In this document: positions 24,701-38,672 of the stretch, one piece after another
Position numbering within the stretch: position 1 is the stretch's first letter
Layout: every line of letters begins with the position of its first letter
Assembly (NCBI GenBank): GCA_008632985.1
Contig: QPGO01000071.1
Span: 173,516 to 237,515, forward strand
Origin: Psammoneis japonica
Lineage: Eukaryota
Length of the DNA: 64,000 nucleotides
Reading direction: 5' to 3'
Program-made: the position numbers and the translations under genes
Notes under the pieces: model-generated
The model's input: the letters and a program-made list of their open reading frames with translations, nothing else
The model's database searches: none
What the model was told of the DNA's origin: nothing

Positions 24701-27700
24701 TCCTCGGTGGAAAATCCGGCTTCAGGTTTCTTGAGCATTGAAGGTATCAGCCTTGGCGACATTTTCACTGCAGTAGTTTGAGCATGGCGACAACGTAGAC
24801 CAACGTGTTATACCATGCTCCGGAGAATTAGTGCGCGGGAGAATGAATCTGTTACTCGAATCCTTGGTTCATCTTGGTGGTGAAATCCAAAAAAGCATAT
24901 TGTCGACACAGCTGCAACGTAGTGGCAACGAACCGTGTTACGCGGCTTTGAATGAGAAATCACACAATCATGCCGAGGATCTGTTGCAGGAGTTTGAATC
25001 GGTTCTTCGTGTCTCTATAGCATTTGTGTCGAGGGGCAACGGCGGTGCTTGCGTACCATGGACTACTTCAGGGGAGACCATAGTGTACGCGGTTGCATCT
25101 AGCTGTTTGATGTCGTCGATGCTTCACCATGGGCTCCATCGATATCCTACGATTTCACGAAAGCCTAGCCACTTTGACGACTTTTATCTTGGACGAGTGT
25201 GCGACCTTGCAAGACAGGCAGAGGAGAGGTGGAGCTTGTGTTTGTCGCTTGAGGATAGCGAAAAAGAGGAACGGCTGATAAATGTTTGTGTCGGATCAGC
25301 CCTAAAATTGTACCACCTACAGCTACAGCGCCTTAGAAACTGCGAATGCGCATACGAAGAAGAGAACGCAGCAACACTGGCGATGGTTGTTGACGGAGTC
25401 AATCTCATCGACGAGATTCAAACAAACGATTTCTTCGAGAGCCTGGTCGACAGCGTTCGTATTGCTCTTCCTTCCATCTTGTCGACTTCAGTCAGACTTG
25501 AGACTTTCGCAGTGTCCATCGGGGATAACTTCCACGCTGCTGAAGCAGCGATTCTTGCGTCACGACTCTTGAATGGGGAGAGAAACTCTGGCAAGAGGCA
25601 TCTGCAGCCACAGTATTGATTGGTGAAGGGCTTCACTGCCTCGCAAAACCTATATTGAACAACGTGAATCTTGCCATAGCCTCAAAGGAGGAACGAGTCG
25701 TCGACTCGACGGAGGTACATTTCATGAATCTCTCCTGCTGGCTGAGCATCACGCTGTTGGCTTTCGGATAGAAGATAACTCAGACACGAGCAAAATTGAA
25801 ACGTTGAAAGATTTCATGCGTGATTTACTTGACGGGAGTTCAGAGCTTGATCATTTCGCGTACTGGGTGGCAAGTTCTTGCGTGGAAGCGTTGTCTGAGT
25901 GGTCGTTCGGCGTTGGCGACGTTCGAGCTTCTCTTCTTTATTCCAAGCAATGCTATCGCGTCTGTCAACATGCCATGACGAACAAGCTTTTCCCGAAGGA
26001 AGATCTGTGTCATTGGACTGAACTGATGTATTCGATTCTTCCATTGAAGTTTGCAAAAAGGAAACTTGCGTGTCTGAAGAGATCCTCAAATGCATATGCA
26101 CGATTGGGCGACCATAGGTCGTCCTTGCAGTACGCATTTTCTGGGGTCGACCAATCGCTTCTACAGATATTGAACGAAATTAAAAGTCCGGCCACCTTTG
26201 GAGAGCTACTGTCTTCAGGATTCCACGCCTTCAGCTCTTTGGAGCAAGTTGCCTACTTTCGGAATTTGTTGGAACTAAAAGCTCACTCATTGGCACCGGA
26301 CTCTGTTTCACGAGTTCTCTCCAAAGAAGAGTCACGTCTTGTGCGTACGCTTCACTCCCCCGTCTCTCAGAAATGAGTACGGTCATGGAAACGATTCGCA
26401 ATCTTGTCAGCGGTACGTCTGATGACTGCTTCTTTTTCCCATCTTTTGTTCGAACTTTCAACACTCACAAATTTGGTTTTGGCCGTGAATTGATCATCTA
26501 GTTGGAGATATGCATGTCGCAGGCGGTCAACGCTTCATTGACAGCGAACGTTCGCCGTATTACCAATTAGCGAAGGAGAAGTCGGCAAAAATGTTCTCTT
26601 CCCCCCCAAAGTCTCTCAGCCAACTACTCTCTGAACTGCCAGGCAGCTTTAAAGCCGATGCGATCATTGACACAATCTCGTCCTATCTCAAACTCAGAGA
26701 AATACAAATCATTACGTCCACTCTTGAATATTCAAAGACGTCGAACAAGGAGAAGGCAGAACAGATGTGTGTTGAACTTTTACAGTCCTCGAATACTCCA
26801 GCAGATTGTCGGGTATGGGTCTTCTACTACCTTGGGGTGATCAACATTTTCAATGCTCGACAAGAAGGTGATCTCTATAGTCTGTGGCAAAGCCACTCTA
26901 TAGGACTAGCAACCAGCCATGGAAATGAAACTAGTCGCGATCCTAACTCTTCTGCCTCAATTCAACAAGCACGAAAATGTTTCAAAGAAGTCTTGAAAGC
27001 TGCAGGACCAGCCTCGCAGATTTGTCGAGAAACGCGATGAGATGTATGGCACTGGTTGTTGGACCAGAGGCGCAGTCGGTCGAAATTGGCATGTCGGCTG
27101 CTGTATTGGTCCACACCTCCATTGGTAGTACCGCAAGGCAGGCAGTTTCTGGATACGGAAGCCTTGGAATGACAAAAGGCTCGAGTAGTCTTGATGACCT
27201 ATCTACAGTGAGTGGCTTTTTTGAGAACGAACCCAGTCATGCACAAATGTGTTTGAACCACTCGACACCCCCTTTCATGACTCAGACGCGCGAAACACCA
27301 ACATCTACCGTCACTTCTGCGAAGCGAACGAGGCGCTACCAGAAAATTGGAGTTCACTGCGGCAGCAATTTGCCCAACCGGGGAAGCCATAATTAGTACG
27401 GCCTATGTCTGTCCCAGTGTTGACAAACCCGTCCCACTCGGTTCGTACACGGTTTGCATATTTCCTGACGATCCTTCCGGAATCCATAATGACATGTTGC
27501 AACCATTGGATGACCTCATCCGTAGAAGTCAATGCCATTTGGAGGGCATGGACGACGAGAAAGTGAACGAGGTCTTCAACAAAAATCGGCAAAACAGAAC
27601 TGGTGGAAAGAAAGACAATCGGTTGACGAAGAGTTAGAGGAGCTTCTCGAACACGTTGAATCCAAGTATTTCAGTTCGGAATGTATCTCTCGCACGTTTC

Positions 27701-29018
27701 GGGGAGAAGAATTACCAGATGACGCTTCTCACGCAAGCGCGAGTAGCTTCGATAGCAATGAGAGCTCGGGAATCGCTTGCGGGAACCTCGCCTCAAAGTT
27801 TGAGTTGGCTTGCACCTTGAGAGAAACCGAGGATATAGTGGTAGATCAAAAGAGCCTTACAAAGACATGACCGTCGCCCAGATCAAAGCCCAGTTAGATG
27901 ATCACGGAGTCGATAGGGCACTGCATAGAAAGATGAGGAAGGCCGAACTGATTGATCTTCTGCGGGAGCACGATGAGTGCTTGACAAGTCAAAGCCAGTT
28001 CGGGCACGCCACCACAGGAGATGCCAGCAGTGATAGCAGCCTTTCTCAACCCGGTTCTTTCTTTGGTCAAAGTGATCAGAGCGGTACAGAAGATGAATGT
28101 CTTTTCCTAATCCTCGACGAGAACTTGCACCGATTTCCGTTCGAGGGACTCGGTTTTCTTGAAGACAAGGCCGTTTCTAGAATTCCGTCCATACCGTTTG
28201 CCATGTCCACAGTGTTGAATTTTAGAGCATCCAAGAAGCGGGACCAACGTCGATGTAAGTTGATGGTTGATCCCCAAAGCGCTAGCTATGTAGTAGATCC
28301 CGAGGCAAACCTGAGAAAAACAAGTGAGCGGGTGGTACCAGTAATCGAGGATATGTTTACAAGGCATGATTGGAGATGGAGAGGGACAGTGGGTTCTATT
28401 CCGGCGACCGATTTCGTAGAAGACGCTCTAAAGAAAGAAAATGGACTATTCTTGTACTGCGGTCATGGAGGAGCACGGACCATCTTTTCTCGGAAGCAAG
28501 TCGAACGCCTAATGCAAAGCACCGACGACTCTGGAAACGGGATTGCCAATACTGAGAAGCGACAATGCCGTGCAACGGTGATTTTGATGGGGTGTAGCAG
28601 TGGGAAACTTGAATCCGTGAATCGTAAGGACTCGCAATCTCGCGAGAACCTGGATATCTTTTATGAACCAGAAGGGATTGCGCTTTCCTATCTTTGCGCT
28701 GGTTCTCCATGTGTTGTCGGTAACCTGTGGGATGTAACGGATCACGACATTGACAGGTGAGTGTTTCTAACATGGAAAGTATGACTCATCATGCCCGAAA
28801 ATTATTCCTTTGCTCACCTTGCACTTTTAAAAACGCCGCGTGTACAGGTACTGTCTTGAGCTTCTCCGACGGTTTCTCGATTCCAACGACGACGACGGGC
28901 GTTCCTGGCGGACTGTGTCGCAAGATCACGAACGGCATGCAAGATGAAGTATATTGTAGGGTGTGCCCCCGTTTGCTACGGTGTTCCAGTTCATTGTTTG
29001 CGCCATGCTCTCGAGTGA
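21798..29018 (+). CDS. ESP1: Separase (peptidase C50), multi-exon, with many apparent frameshifts in this assembly
   Basis: C-terminal ILDENLHRFPFE, VSRIPS, YVVDPEANL, LYCGHGG (catalytic His), LMGCSSG (catalytic Cys), VVGNLWDVTDHDIDR; intron 28757-28847; final exon ...CKMKYIVGCAPVCYGVP. A chain of helical + strand ORFs upstream fits the long N-terminus. Start codon tentative. Confidence 0.85.
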
Positions 29019-29464
29019 ATGAAGCATCTACTTGACTAACATCCGGTTACCTGTAGTAACTTCACCTCTACTCTAGAGTAATAGCTCGGTAGGCCCTTCT
29101 AGACTCTAGTTTGTCCCTCTCTCTTTGGGTTTCTGGCGTGTTGGCGTCTTCAGTCTCCAAGTCTACAGTACCGTACAGTCTTGAACACATGAGCGTTTAT
29201 CTATTTTTTTATGATTTGCGCAAAAAATCTCAAATTGCGCATGAAAATACGAAAAAAGCGCCAGTCGGTCAAGTCGAGCAATTCACACTATTCAGTGCCG
29301 AAGATATTCGTATGCACATTTTTGAATTTGAATTGGCGATTTTTTGCAATGACAAGAGGACAAGCGCAAACAAGAACAGCACACAATCGATCATCATCCA
29401 CAGTCCTCGCACCTCGCACTCCTCTTTCCTTTTGCTCTCTCCTACCCTCCTACCGGTATCGACC

Positions 29465-30237
29465 ATGACGAAAAAATCGGCAAAGAACAAGTCGAAGAAA
29501 CAAGTCGTCAAAAACGACAAGTACAAAGACTTTTGGGCTTGGTTTCGGAGCAAGGAAGAAGATATCTTCAAACACCGTGTGGGTCTGATTGGTGAATCAC
29601 GGAGTGAGCTTCACATGGTGACGGAAGCTCCTTACTACGAGGAGTTGGAGAACGAGCTCGAAAAGGCTGGATTTTGTGGCAACTACGAGTTTTGTCCTTT
29701 GCCACAAGAGGGCGACACAAAGGTCAAGATGGAGTTTTTGTTGGGTGCAAACGGATGCAAACACAACTTTCCGTGGGTACGAGCCATGCAGAGGCACGCA
29801 CCCACGGATTTGGAGGAGCGTTGGCGATTTTTTTCTTTTTTCGCCAGCGACAGCCCCTTACACCAGGCTTTGGGGTAAACTTTGAGGGCCAATTCAATGT
29901 GGCCGCCGAGAAAGTTTCGTTTGACATGATTCCGGAGAAGGGTGGTAAAGTTTCGATTCGTCTGTTTCTCGATATTCCATCTGTAGTGTTTCGGCACTTT
30001 AAGGAAAAGTATATCGGCATTGGATGTCTATTCTTAGATGCGGCCTTGGGAGAATACGATGTGGAGACGCACTGCGGTTGTATCGATATTGTGGAGTATG
30101 CCAATCCCCATTTTCTTGACAACGATGGTCGAGTCCGTCCACTGATCGACCTTCCCGAGTGCTTTGATAAGATGATGGGGCGTACTTTTGCCAATAACGA
30201 CAAGGAGAATGCGGGACCAATCAAGAACGAGAAATGA
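29465..30237 (+). CDS. Hypothetical protein resembling a bacterial uncharacterized family; one frameshift in the T-run near 29830
   Basis: ORFs 29111..29878 and 29674..30237 join as FWAWF...GANG...FPWV...AP...W.FF.FRQR...FLDAALGEYDV...LIDLPECFD. Confidence 0.65.
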
Positions 30238-30480
30238 AAAGAGCCAAGCTCTTATTTAGATCTTGCTTGGGGCCTGGTTGTTACCAACTGTTGTCTCAGC
30301 TTTTACTGATCATGTGTAGGTCTCACACTTACGAGTAGTAGTAACAGGAGTTGTACTCAATACCAATTGTGGTGTTGACCTTGGTTTTAGCATACGTGAG
30401 TTTTATGTTCTTTATGTAGAAGAACTCAGTTTCAGAGGCGCTTCTCGATCAGCTTATTGACCGGCAAAAGAAATCATAAA

Positions 30481-33465
30481 TCAGCGTTGGCTTCTCCGGA
30501 ATCGCCGCTTGGAACGTTTCAGTGAGCGAACAATCATTAAGCACAACAAACCAAATTCCTGTATCAAGAGTAGAGTGCGCCACTCATCACTCTCCAAGGC
30601 ATCAGACGAATACATGTCCTCTCTGGCAGTCACCGGACGCTGGAGTCGACCATGCCTCCCGGGTCCTATAGCGGTTGTGTAGTAGGGAAGCCGCGATGAA
30701 TTCTCTGTGAATACTGCAAAATCGTACCATAGCGCCTGATTTGCGTCTGTTGTGTCGTTGTTTTCCTTGTAAACTCCCCGACTGTACATGTGAACGCGCG
30801 GGACCATACCCGTCAATTTCCCGTAATGGCGGTTCTCCTTCGTGCGAGGAGTCTCGGATGTTAACTTGGACCACGTGATTTCTGTGACATTGCCGTGTGG
30901 ACCAACATGGATTCTTCGCATCACCTTTTTGGTATTACAGCGCAAAATAGAAGCCAAGCTGCCAGAAACCTTACGCTGACTTTTGTAACATGGTACGAAA
31001 TCGAACTTAAGCAGTCTGGTATCACCAATGATTGGGAATCTCTCGACTCCAGTTACAGAGATATCACCCGGTGTAAAATCTGAAAACGGACTGCGGCCAA
31101 GAGCAATATTGAGAGCGCTGCCAAAAAGGCAGGGTCCGGTGAGATACAAATGTCCGAGGGCCAACCCAGTGGAGGTTTGAGGATCGGGGCAAAGATTCTT
31201 CATCAAATCTGGAAGGGTGTCGCGATTCAAGACCTGACTCACTAGCCTCGACAAAGCAATTGCTATTGCTGGATGTCCGGGATAGCTTGCAATCAAACCA
31301 GAAAGAAGACAGCTAGAGCGGACGCCTCTACCTTCAATCCTGGCACTTTGATCAACGGTTGTCAACAGCCCGATCTCGTCTCCCTGTAAAAGTTGCTCCA
31401 ACTCCAACTCCCCTTCACCAGGATAATAGAGATCGTTGTCGACGTAAACCCCGCCATTGATGAGAAGCCATGCATACCGAAATAGATCCGATTTGAAGGC
31501 ACCGGGTACCAAAGTGTCATAGGCTTCCAAGACAATTGATGGGAAATTCTTGGCTAGAAACGATCGAGCAGATTCGTTATCGAAGACCTTGTAGTCATAA
31601 CCATCCAGGCTCTTCCACTTTTCCATCATGTGGTACGTTTGCTGATATGCTTTGTCTGTGCCATTAGGAATAGGGTCCAACGAGTACCAGAACTGGCATA
31701 TGACTCGTGGAATCAGCTTGGATCTATTGCCATCGCGGGGGGATGATGGGTCATCACTCACATTGACAGGAAATACATGCCACTCCATGACATCTTTCGT
31801 TGCTGTTTTGAAATCGTCATTGTCACACGTGAACAAGTGTTCACAGGAACAAGTGCAAGAAAACAGTTGCGAGCACACACCACAATTGCCCATCTCAATT
31901 GATTCCAGGCAACGCTGACATTCATACTCCCAGCAAGGTACTTCAGGGAACTCGTCTTTTGCGTAAGTCCATTTCCCGGCTTTTCGAAAGCCAGCTTGGA
32001 TATAACCAGTATGATCAGTTGGGTCATTGACTTGCATAGTTTGGTTATACAAAAGCGTAGAGCCAAAACGGGACTCCATTGCTTTTGCTTTGGGTAGGAC
32101 ACTTTTGGTAATTGATGCTTCGAGAATCTCCTTATTTGGTCTCGCATACTCTCCAACTCGGGCCCGTTGAAAGAGACGGGGGAAAAGTTGCAACGCCTTT
32201 TGTGTTTTGCTCCCAGTCGGAATCCTCGACAGCGGTTTATGTAATGATGCATGGTCCTTCCCACAATACCCCGTGGCTGTATAGTCAATCTGCAAAAGAC
32301 CACGCCATCCCACTAGATTCTTCTCGGCCTTGTGAAACACGTGCGTATCCTCGATCCAAACTGTGCCGGCATTTCCAAATAGGGCCTCTTGTTTTTGCGT
32401 GAAGATGTTTTGTTTCAGATAATCCTCTGGCAGAACCTGAGATGCCATGGAGAGTGCATACTCTTCAACCAGATGATCGTACTTTGGTTTTCTCTTTCCA
32501 GTCCGACGCGATGGTCCCATGACATTTTGAGTGTAAGGAATGTACGTATGCGGCCCAAGTTTCGGATCGGTGGCATTTGTAAGATAGACAAAAACTTTGA
32601 CAGACCGGGCTGAATTAAAGTCCTTGTGCTAAGTATCAAATGAGAATTTCGTTGTTTTCCCGTCCTCTCGTGCGACGTTCATAAAGACGTCCACCGTCCG
32701 GATGACGGGCGGTGCGCCCAATAGGTCCTGGAGGACATCCAAAATAAAAGGATCATAAGCAATCTGCTGGACTTTAGCTAGTTCTAGCCCTTGGTTCAAG
32801 TCATGCAACATGAAGGTCCCGTAGTATTCCTTGTCGCGTGCCACTTCTGGTGTGAGCCCCTTCAAGGTCCATCCGTGCGCCATCTCCAAAAAGTCCTTGT
32901 TCTTTAGGTCGTCGGTCAAACCATCTAACCAATCCGAACTCATGGAACGAGGCAATACTGAAAGACCTTTTCCTTGAAACTCCTTGAGAGTCCTTTCTTT
33001 TTCAGCGTGAATGAGTTTTTTGTTTGGAAACAACGACTCCATTTGGTAACTGTCAGCCATTGTGATTTCAGAAAAGTCGGTTGTTCGCAAAAGATGGCCC
33101 ATTTGCTCAACTGCCTCTGTTGCTGGTTTCATACTTCCCGCTCTGGTAGTCAGCAAATAGAGTAGATTACGGTTTTGGGCATGGTTGTTGCGTCCTCCTA
33201 AAGCTTCCGTCACGAGGAGCTGTTCTGCAAGCCAGCAAGTATCGGTATAATTCCAAAACTCTGAATACTTCATTTGTAACGGTGGTGCTTCACCTGGACT
33301 GGGGCTTAGCATGTCGATCCGATTTAAATGGTCAAGCAATTCTCGATCGAATTCACATCGTGGCTCTTTATTGGATACACTCCTCGCCTCGACAGAGCCG
33401 ATTACAGGGACAAGAAGCGCTATCCATACTGTTCCGAGGCCGACTGCCAACGCATTGAGCTTCAT
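30481..33465 (-). CDS. Signal-peptide protein: PhyH-like 2OG-Fe(II) dioxygenase domain fused to glycosyltransferase family 32 (DxD) domain; in-frame TAG at 32629-32631
   Basis: ORFs 32629..33465 and 30481..32520 are in the same frame. The linker reads *HKDFNSARSVKVFVYLT...GPHTYIP, followed by GTVWIEDTHVFHKA. GT32 motifs IPRVICQFW, PGAFKSDLFRY, GGVYVDND. C-terminal hydrophobic segment. Confidence 0.75.
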
Positions 33466-33842
33466 GGTTCAACAGCCTCAATCTCTTCGCAACTATTGAT
33501 CCGAAACACTTTAGTTCGCAACACTCTCATCTCTCGTTTTGCCCACGCCCGTGGCCTAAAACGTTGACAACAATCCACGGCGAAATGAAAGATTGTGACG
33601 GGATTCAGTCCAAAAAATCTGTCGTGCGTCGTGCAACGGTTGGTGGCGTCTTCAGTCGTGTTTGGAAGCGTCCATCCTTCGTTCAGATGATTTGCCGCCA
33701 CAGATCGATTTTGGATTTTCAATTTGACGATCGCGAGATTGCCATCATCGCTTGCCACTCAATCAAGCACAACTAATAAAATCAACTGCTAAGAATATGG
33801 CATCGCATCATCTTTTCTTTTGTTGAATGACGTGCGGTAGGA

Positions 33843-35289
33843 ATGACAAGCAATCGGATGAGCTTATTGAGGACTGGGTATGTTTTGTTCACGATGATAG
33901 TGTCACTGAGAACATGCCGAGCTTTTTCGTCTCAGAGACTGGGCCATGTGACACGAAGAATTCGTCAACTGAGCTCTGCCAGAGACAGTATTGAAGTGGA
34001 TGAAGAGGGACGACGTATTCGAAAGAGGTCAAGCAATGTCAGTGATGGAGGAGGCTGGGATGACTTTGATCCGTTTGATAACGACAGCGGTGGTTCTTCA
34101 GAAACGAGCTCAGCAAGAGTCGCGACGGAAATCGACGAAAATCAAAGTTTCCTCCAAACAAACAAAAATACGGCGGTAGTCGGGGTAACAAACGATACCC
34201 ATCAAAAGAAAAGAGCGCGCAAGATCGTAAAATAAATCTAAAAGCGCTCGAGGGTGCAGGCTTTGTGCATTTGTATGGGCTGGCTTCTGTTTTGAATGCC
34301 CTCAAGGCCAATGTGCGTGACTTTCGGCGCCCAGAAGACGACATTGACCTGGATGAACTGGACGAGAATGACTTACACCATGAGATGCAGCAGCGTGAAC
34401 GGAAGCCACAAGCCCAGTACAGTCCGTGGCTGTTTTGCCAGGAACGTTCTCCTGGAAAGCGGACCAGTCGTTCGTCAGACAAGGCCGTGGCTGCGCAACA
34501 GGTGCAGGAGCTCGCGGCGGAGCGAAATATACCCATTGCTCACGTGGACAAGGGCGTTCTCAATACCCTATGTCAGAATCGACCGCATCAAGTACGTGTT
34601 ATATAAAAGATTCGGCCGAGCGATGGGAGTCCATGCTACTGGATATATGTCTTTTGAACTAACTGTGCTTTTCTTTCTGTATTGCTTCTGTGTTGCAGGG
34701 TTATGTTTTACGCTGTGGCAAGCTTTTCTTTGAACCTCTCTCGCGCATACCTCGTGATTCTAGCAAAACTCTCTGGCTTGTACTGGACGAAGTTGTCGAT
34801 CCACAAAATCTTGGTGCACTTTTGCGGAGTGCCTACTTTATGAGTGACCCCGACAAGTTGGGAATTTTGGTGTGTGCCAAGAACTCAGCACCGCCTTCCC
34901 CGGTCGTTAGTGCAGCAAGTGCCGGAGCCTTGGAACTGCTTCAAATATACAGCACATCCAATTTACCGAAAACATTGTCACAGGCAAGGGAGGATGGCTT
35001 TCGTATTGTAGGTGCTGCCGCGGCGCCTCCAACAAGTGACTTTGATTTGGCCAGACAAGACGCGGAGTATTTCGATCTGCAAGATTTTGTTGTTGACGAC
35101 AGTCGCCCGACATTGTTGGTATTGGGGTCAGAGGGACACGGTCTACGCAACTTGGTATCCAAGGCTTGTACAGACTTTGTTCGAATCCCTCCCGGTGTTG
35201 AGGATGCCGAGGGAGTTGATTCGTTGAATGTCAGTGTGACGGGTGGCATCCTGCTGTGGCATCTCTTGTGTGGAAGTCGTAAGTCTTGA
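33843..35289 (+). CDS. SpoU/TrmH-family RNA 2'-O-methyltransferase (organellar, MRM1/RlmB-like); intron 34592-34698
   Basis: LYGLASVLNAL, RPHQ|GYVL, LDEVVDPQNLGALLRSA, LVLGSEGHGL, VDSLNVSVTGGILL. Confidence 0.9.
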
Positions 35290-36439
35290 AAGAAACAATG
35301 GTTTTTTTGGAGCAATGATAATTGTTCTATGTTCTTCTTGAAACTAGAAGTATGTTCGAAAATGAAATTGCGTTCACTTTGCATCTTTCTTCACAACATC
35401 GGTTCTGCCTGAGAGTCTTCGACCACATATGAGTAGCTGTGGTTTGTCCTCAGCCTAAGACTTGTAGCCGTTTGCATTTTGGTTTGGCTATGTTACCTGG
35501 ATGCTCAATGCATATTGGCGTTCAATTTTTACATAACAACAAGCATGTGCTGAACTATCACAACTCCCAGTGGGTGTAGAGGCTCTGTCAACTCCCATAC
35601 CCGTAGCAACCTGCAACGGCAGCAGCACGAAACGCTTGATACAAGGAAGTCTTCACCATGATTCAATTGATTCTATAGCGCAAGGCGCATCTGCTTTCAT
35701 AAGAACCTATGGGCACCACGTAAAGATCAAAAAAACGAGCCGATGGTATCAAGAAACAATCAGAAAGAACTACTGTATACCAAAGAGATAAGAAGAGCAA
35801 TCACCTCCTTGTCCTGTCGATCCAACGTATCCGCAACTACTGATCCCCTGTAGCTGACTTACCTGTGTCCCGACATAACATGACATTCTCAACCACAGTA
35901 GCGCGTAATCATTCGTCTCGTCTTGTACTCATACAGAAGTTGGGGCTGGCCGCGTCAATGTCAAGACGCCCAAGTAGACGTAGCAATCGGTTGATCACGG
36001 GCGCAAGTATTTTTTGTGAATCAGCCGACAGTGGCAACGAGAGGCAGAAATCTGTTGGGATCACTTTCACTGCATTCAAGCCAGTCGGGAACGCGTGCGT
36101 AGGTTGTCGTTCAGGCAGTGTAGAACCCGCCAACAACGACAAAGACGAATCTGCAGCAAGACTTATCAGTCACGGAATGACCATTGGGCAGAAAAGACTT
36201 ATGCTCATCAACGGCGATGCCCTTTAGAAGCTACAGACTCAAAAAGGAAGAACGCACCTTCCTTACCTACGTACCAAGTCTTCAAAAATTCAAAAGTTTG
36301 AAGCTGACAATTATTTCCGTTCAAATAACGTTCGAAGATATGAACGGATTCATCACATTGTAATTTTATACATGAACAAATAAGAAATATTCAAATGCGA
36401 AACCAACCGTTTTCCGTTTTCACTTTGCTCCCAACAACA

Positions 36440-38672
36440 ATGGCGATCGGAATCACTACTTACTGTATCTTGAAGGCTCATCAGGACACACACAACATCC
36501 CACAAGGCCATTGAGGTCAATAACAATAACCGACGGAGGCTTACCTTCTACCATGTGGCAAAAGTTCTCGTACTCTATCAGCTAGTCTCCCTCTTGATGT
36601 TTTCAAACAAAATATTGCCGGGCACGTTCTATCGCCAGACCAGCGTTGTTTCGTCGGCATTGACGGGAGAAGAAAAGAAGGGATTTAGTTTGGAAAACGC
36701 GTATGAGATGCGAAACTTACACGAAAACTTTCCAATCAAGTGCGGGGAGCTCCCGGACTGGTTGCATCCTACAATTGAACCGCTGTTGCACCTGTATTAC
36801 AACGACCGAGAAGCAACTCCGAATAAACTCCGGTTCAATGAAGGTGGTCACGGAGGAGGAAACCTCACCCAAAAGCAAGTATGTACCCATGATGCGCTGC
36901 ACCGATGGAGACAACTGGCATCCAAGCTCAACATATCCGACTGGGCAGTCCATGGCGGTGGTGCCATGGGTGCCAAGTGCTTTGGAGCACTCAGTCCGTG
37001 GGATGACGATATTGATCTTACCGTTGGGAATTGCAGCGCACTCGATGCGCTTTGGAAAGCAAGCCCCAATGTCTCGGAGCATTTTCCTTCCCTTCCCACA
37101 CGTCGACATTCTCTCAATGAAGGGATGGTCATGTTTGATGCTCGCCTTGTGGAGGGTGACCTGATCCTCACCAGGGGAGACAAGTGCTGCCCGTGGTACA
37201 AGCTCTTGACAGTACAGCAAGCCTTTCTTGCATCGGATCAAGATGATATCCTTGGACTGGACATTGAATGCATGAGTCGAAGACTTTCGGGTCCAGAACA
37301 ACGTCCAAAACGTAGCTCTGGATGGACCGAGTACTTGAAACGAGGCGGACCACTAGACGACGTCATGTTTGGACCAACGAAGATCCAAATGATGCCGCCT
37401 ACCATTTTGGATTCCTATTTTCAATCGCGCTATGGCAAGCAGTCACCGTGTCGATATCCCTACAGCAATGGCGTGGTACAAGAGGCGTTTCCTATAAACC
37501 ATGCGTCGAATGAATCTTCCGAGACAATGTACATGGTGGATATTGAAACGTCAAGAATGGATTTTGCAATTTCCACTTGGTATATTCCGAAAGCTCAGCA
37601 GCGCGAGGAATGGCGCAAGCAAGCGGGAAACGGGAAGCAAAATGAGTATACGAGGGAGATTCCTAATCTCGATACAGTGGAGCTTGACAATTCCATCTCG
37701 CCTGGCTGCAACTGGGGACAGAACGCAACCCTCAAACTGATTGGATGGAACGCAGAGCGAGGCACGCATTGGGACAAGTTCTCAAGCATGATTACAGAGT
37801 TGGATGCTTTGCGGGATCCATATGTCATTTTGCTCAACGAAATGGACATTGGAATGGCTCGAAGCCACAATGTCCACACGGCCCGCAGGCTGGCACTGCA
37901 GTTGGGCTTTAATTATGCCTATGGACTCGAGTTTGTCGAGCTTACTCCCGGCACGGAAGCGGAACATAATGCAACAACCGGTCAACGCGATGCATTAAGT
38001 CTTCATGGAAATGCTATACTCTCCAAGTGTTTCATTGGAGACACGGTCACTTTGCGAGATACCTTGCCGAATGGCTATTTTACAAACAAACCAGTGAAAC
38101 ATATCAATGCTAATGGATTTGAAATCCGACTGGGTGGTCGCATGGGTTTGTTTGCCCGGGTTTTCCAAGAGGACCCCAACGGCACTCTTCACGAGAATAT
38201 GACTGCAAGGGATCGACTCGAGCTGCCTCCTCATTTTGTGGTTGGAAATGTTCACAAGGTTGGTGAAACGGAGGAGAATCGATCTTGGCTCTGGGACTAT
38301 TATGGCTTTGGCAAGCCGCCGGAAAACTCGACCAAGTACGAAGGCAAGGGAATTGACTCGGGCCAACAGCTCGGAGTGGTTATTCAAGGAGATTTTGGAC
38401 CCAAATTCTGTGCTTTGGGCGGCCTGGCCAAGATGAACAACTACCGGATCCACAAAACGTTTCCTGTCACGTGCTACCCAGACAGAGTGCGGTTCGGACC
38501 CATTGCCGGCGATTTCTTTTGCAGCAACATGCAAATGGAGCGAAATGTCGAGGTGTCTGCGCCGTGTCACTATCCAGAGGGCTCGCCGCCTCTAACACTT
38601 TCGGACCATGCTATTGTGTCTGTAGTAGTCAAGGCCAACCCTAGACTGGTGAATTCAACACCAATCATTTGA
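36440..38672 (+). CDS. LicD-like nucleotidyltransferase fused to endonuclease/exonuclease/phosphatase (EEP) domain
   Basis: 705-aa ORF 36555..38672: GGAMGA...PWDDDIDL (LicD); WNAERG, LLNEMDIGMARS, GNAILSK, GDF, SDHAIV (EEP). Start approximate. Confidence 0.75.

Noticed and set aside
21798..29018. Separase (and kinase, SpoU, SGNH-like gene, paralog 1) as pseudogenes or programmed frameshift genes
   Set aside because: Scattered 1-nt indels affect many unrelated genes, including an essential one, often near homopolymers. Assembly error is the simplest explanation.
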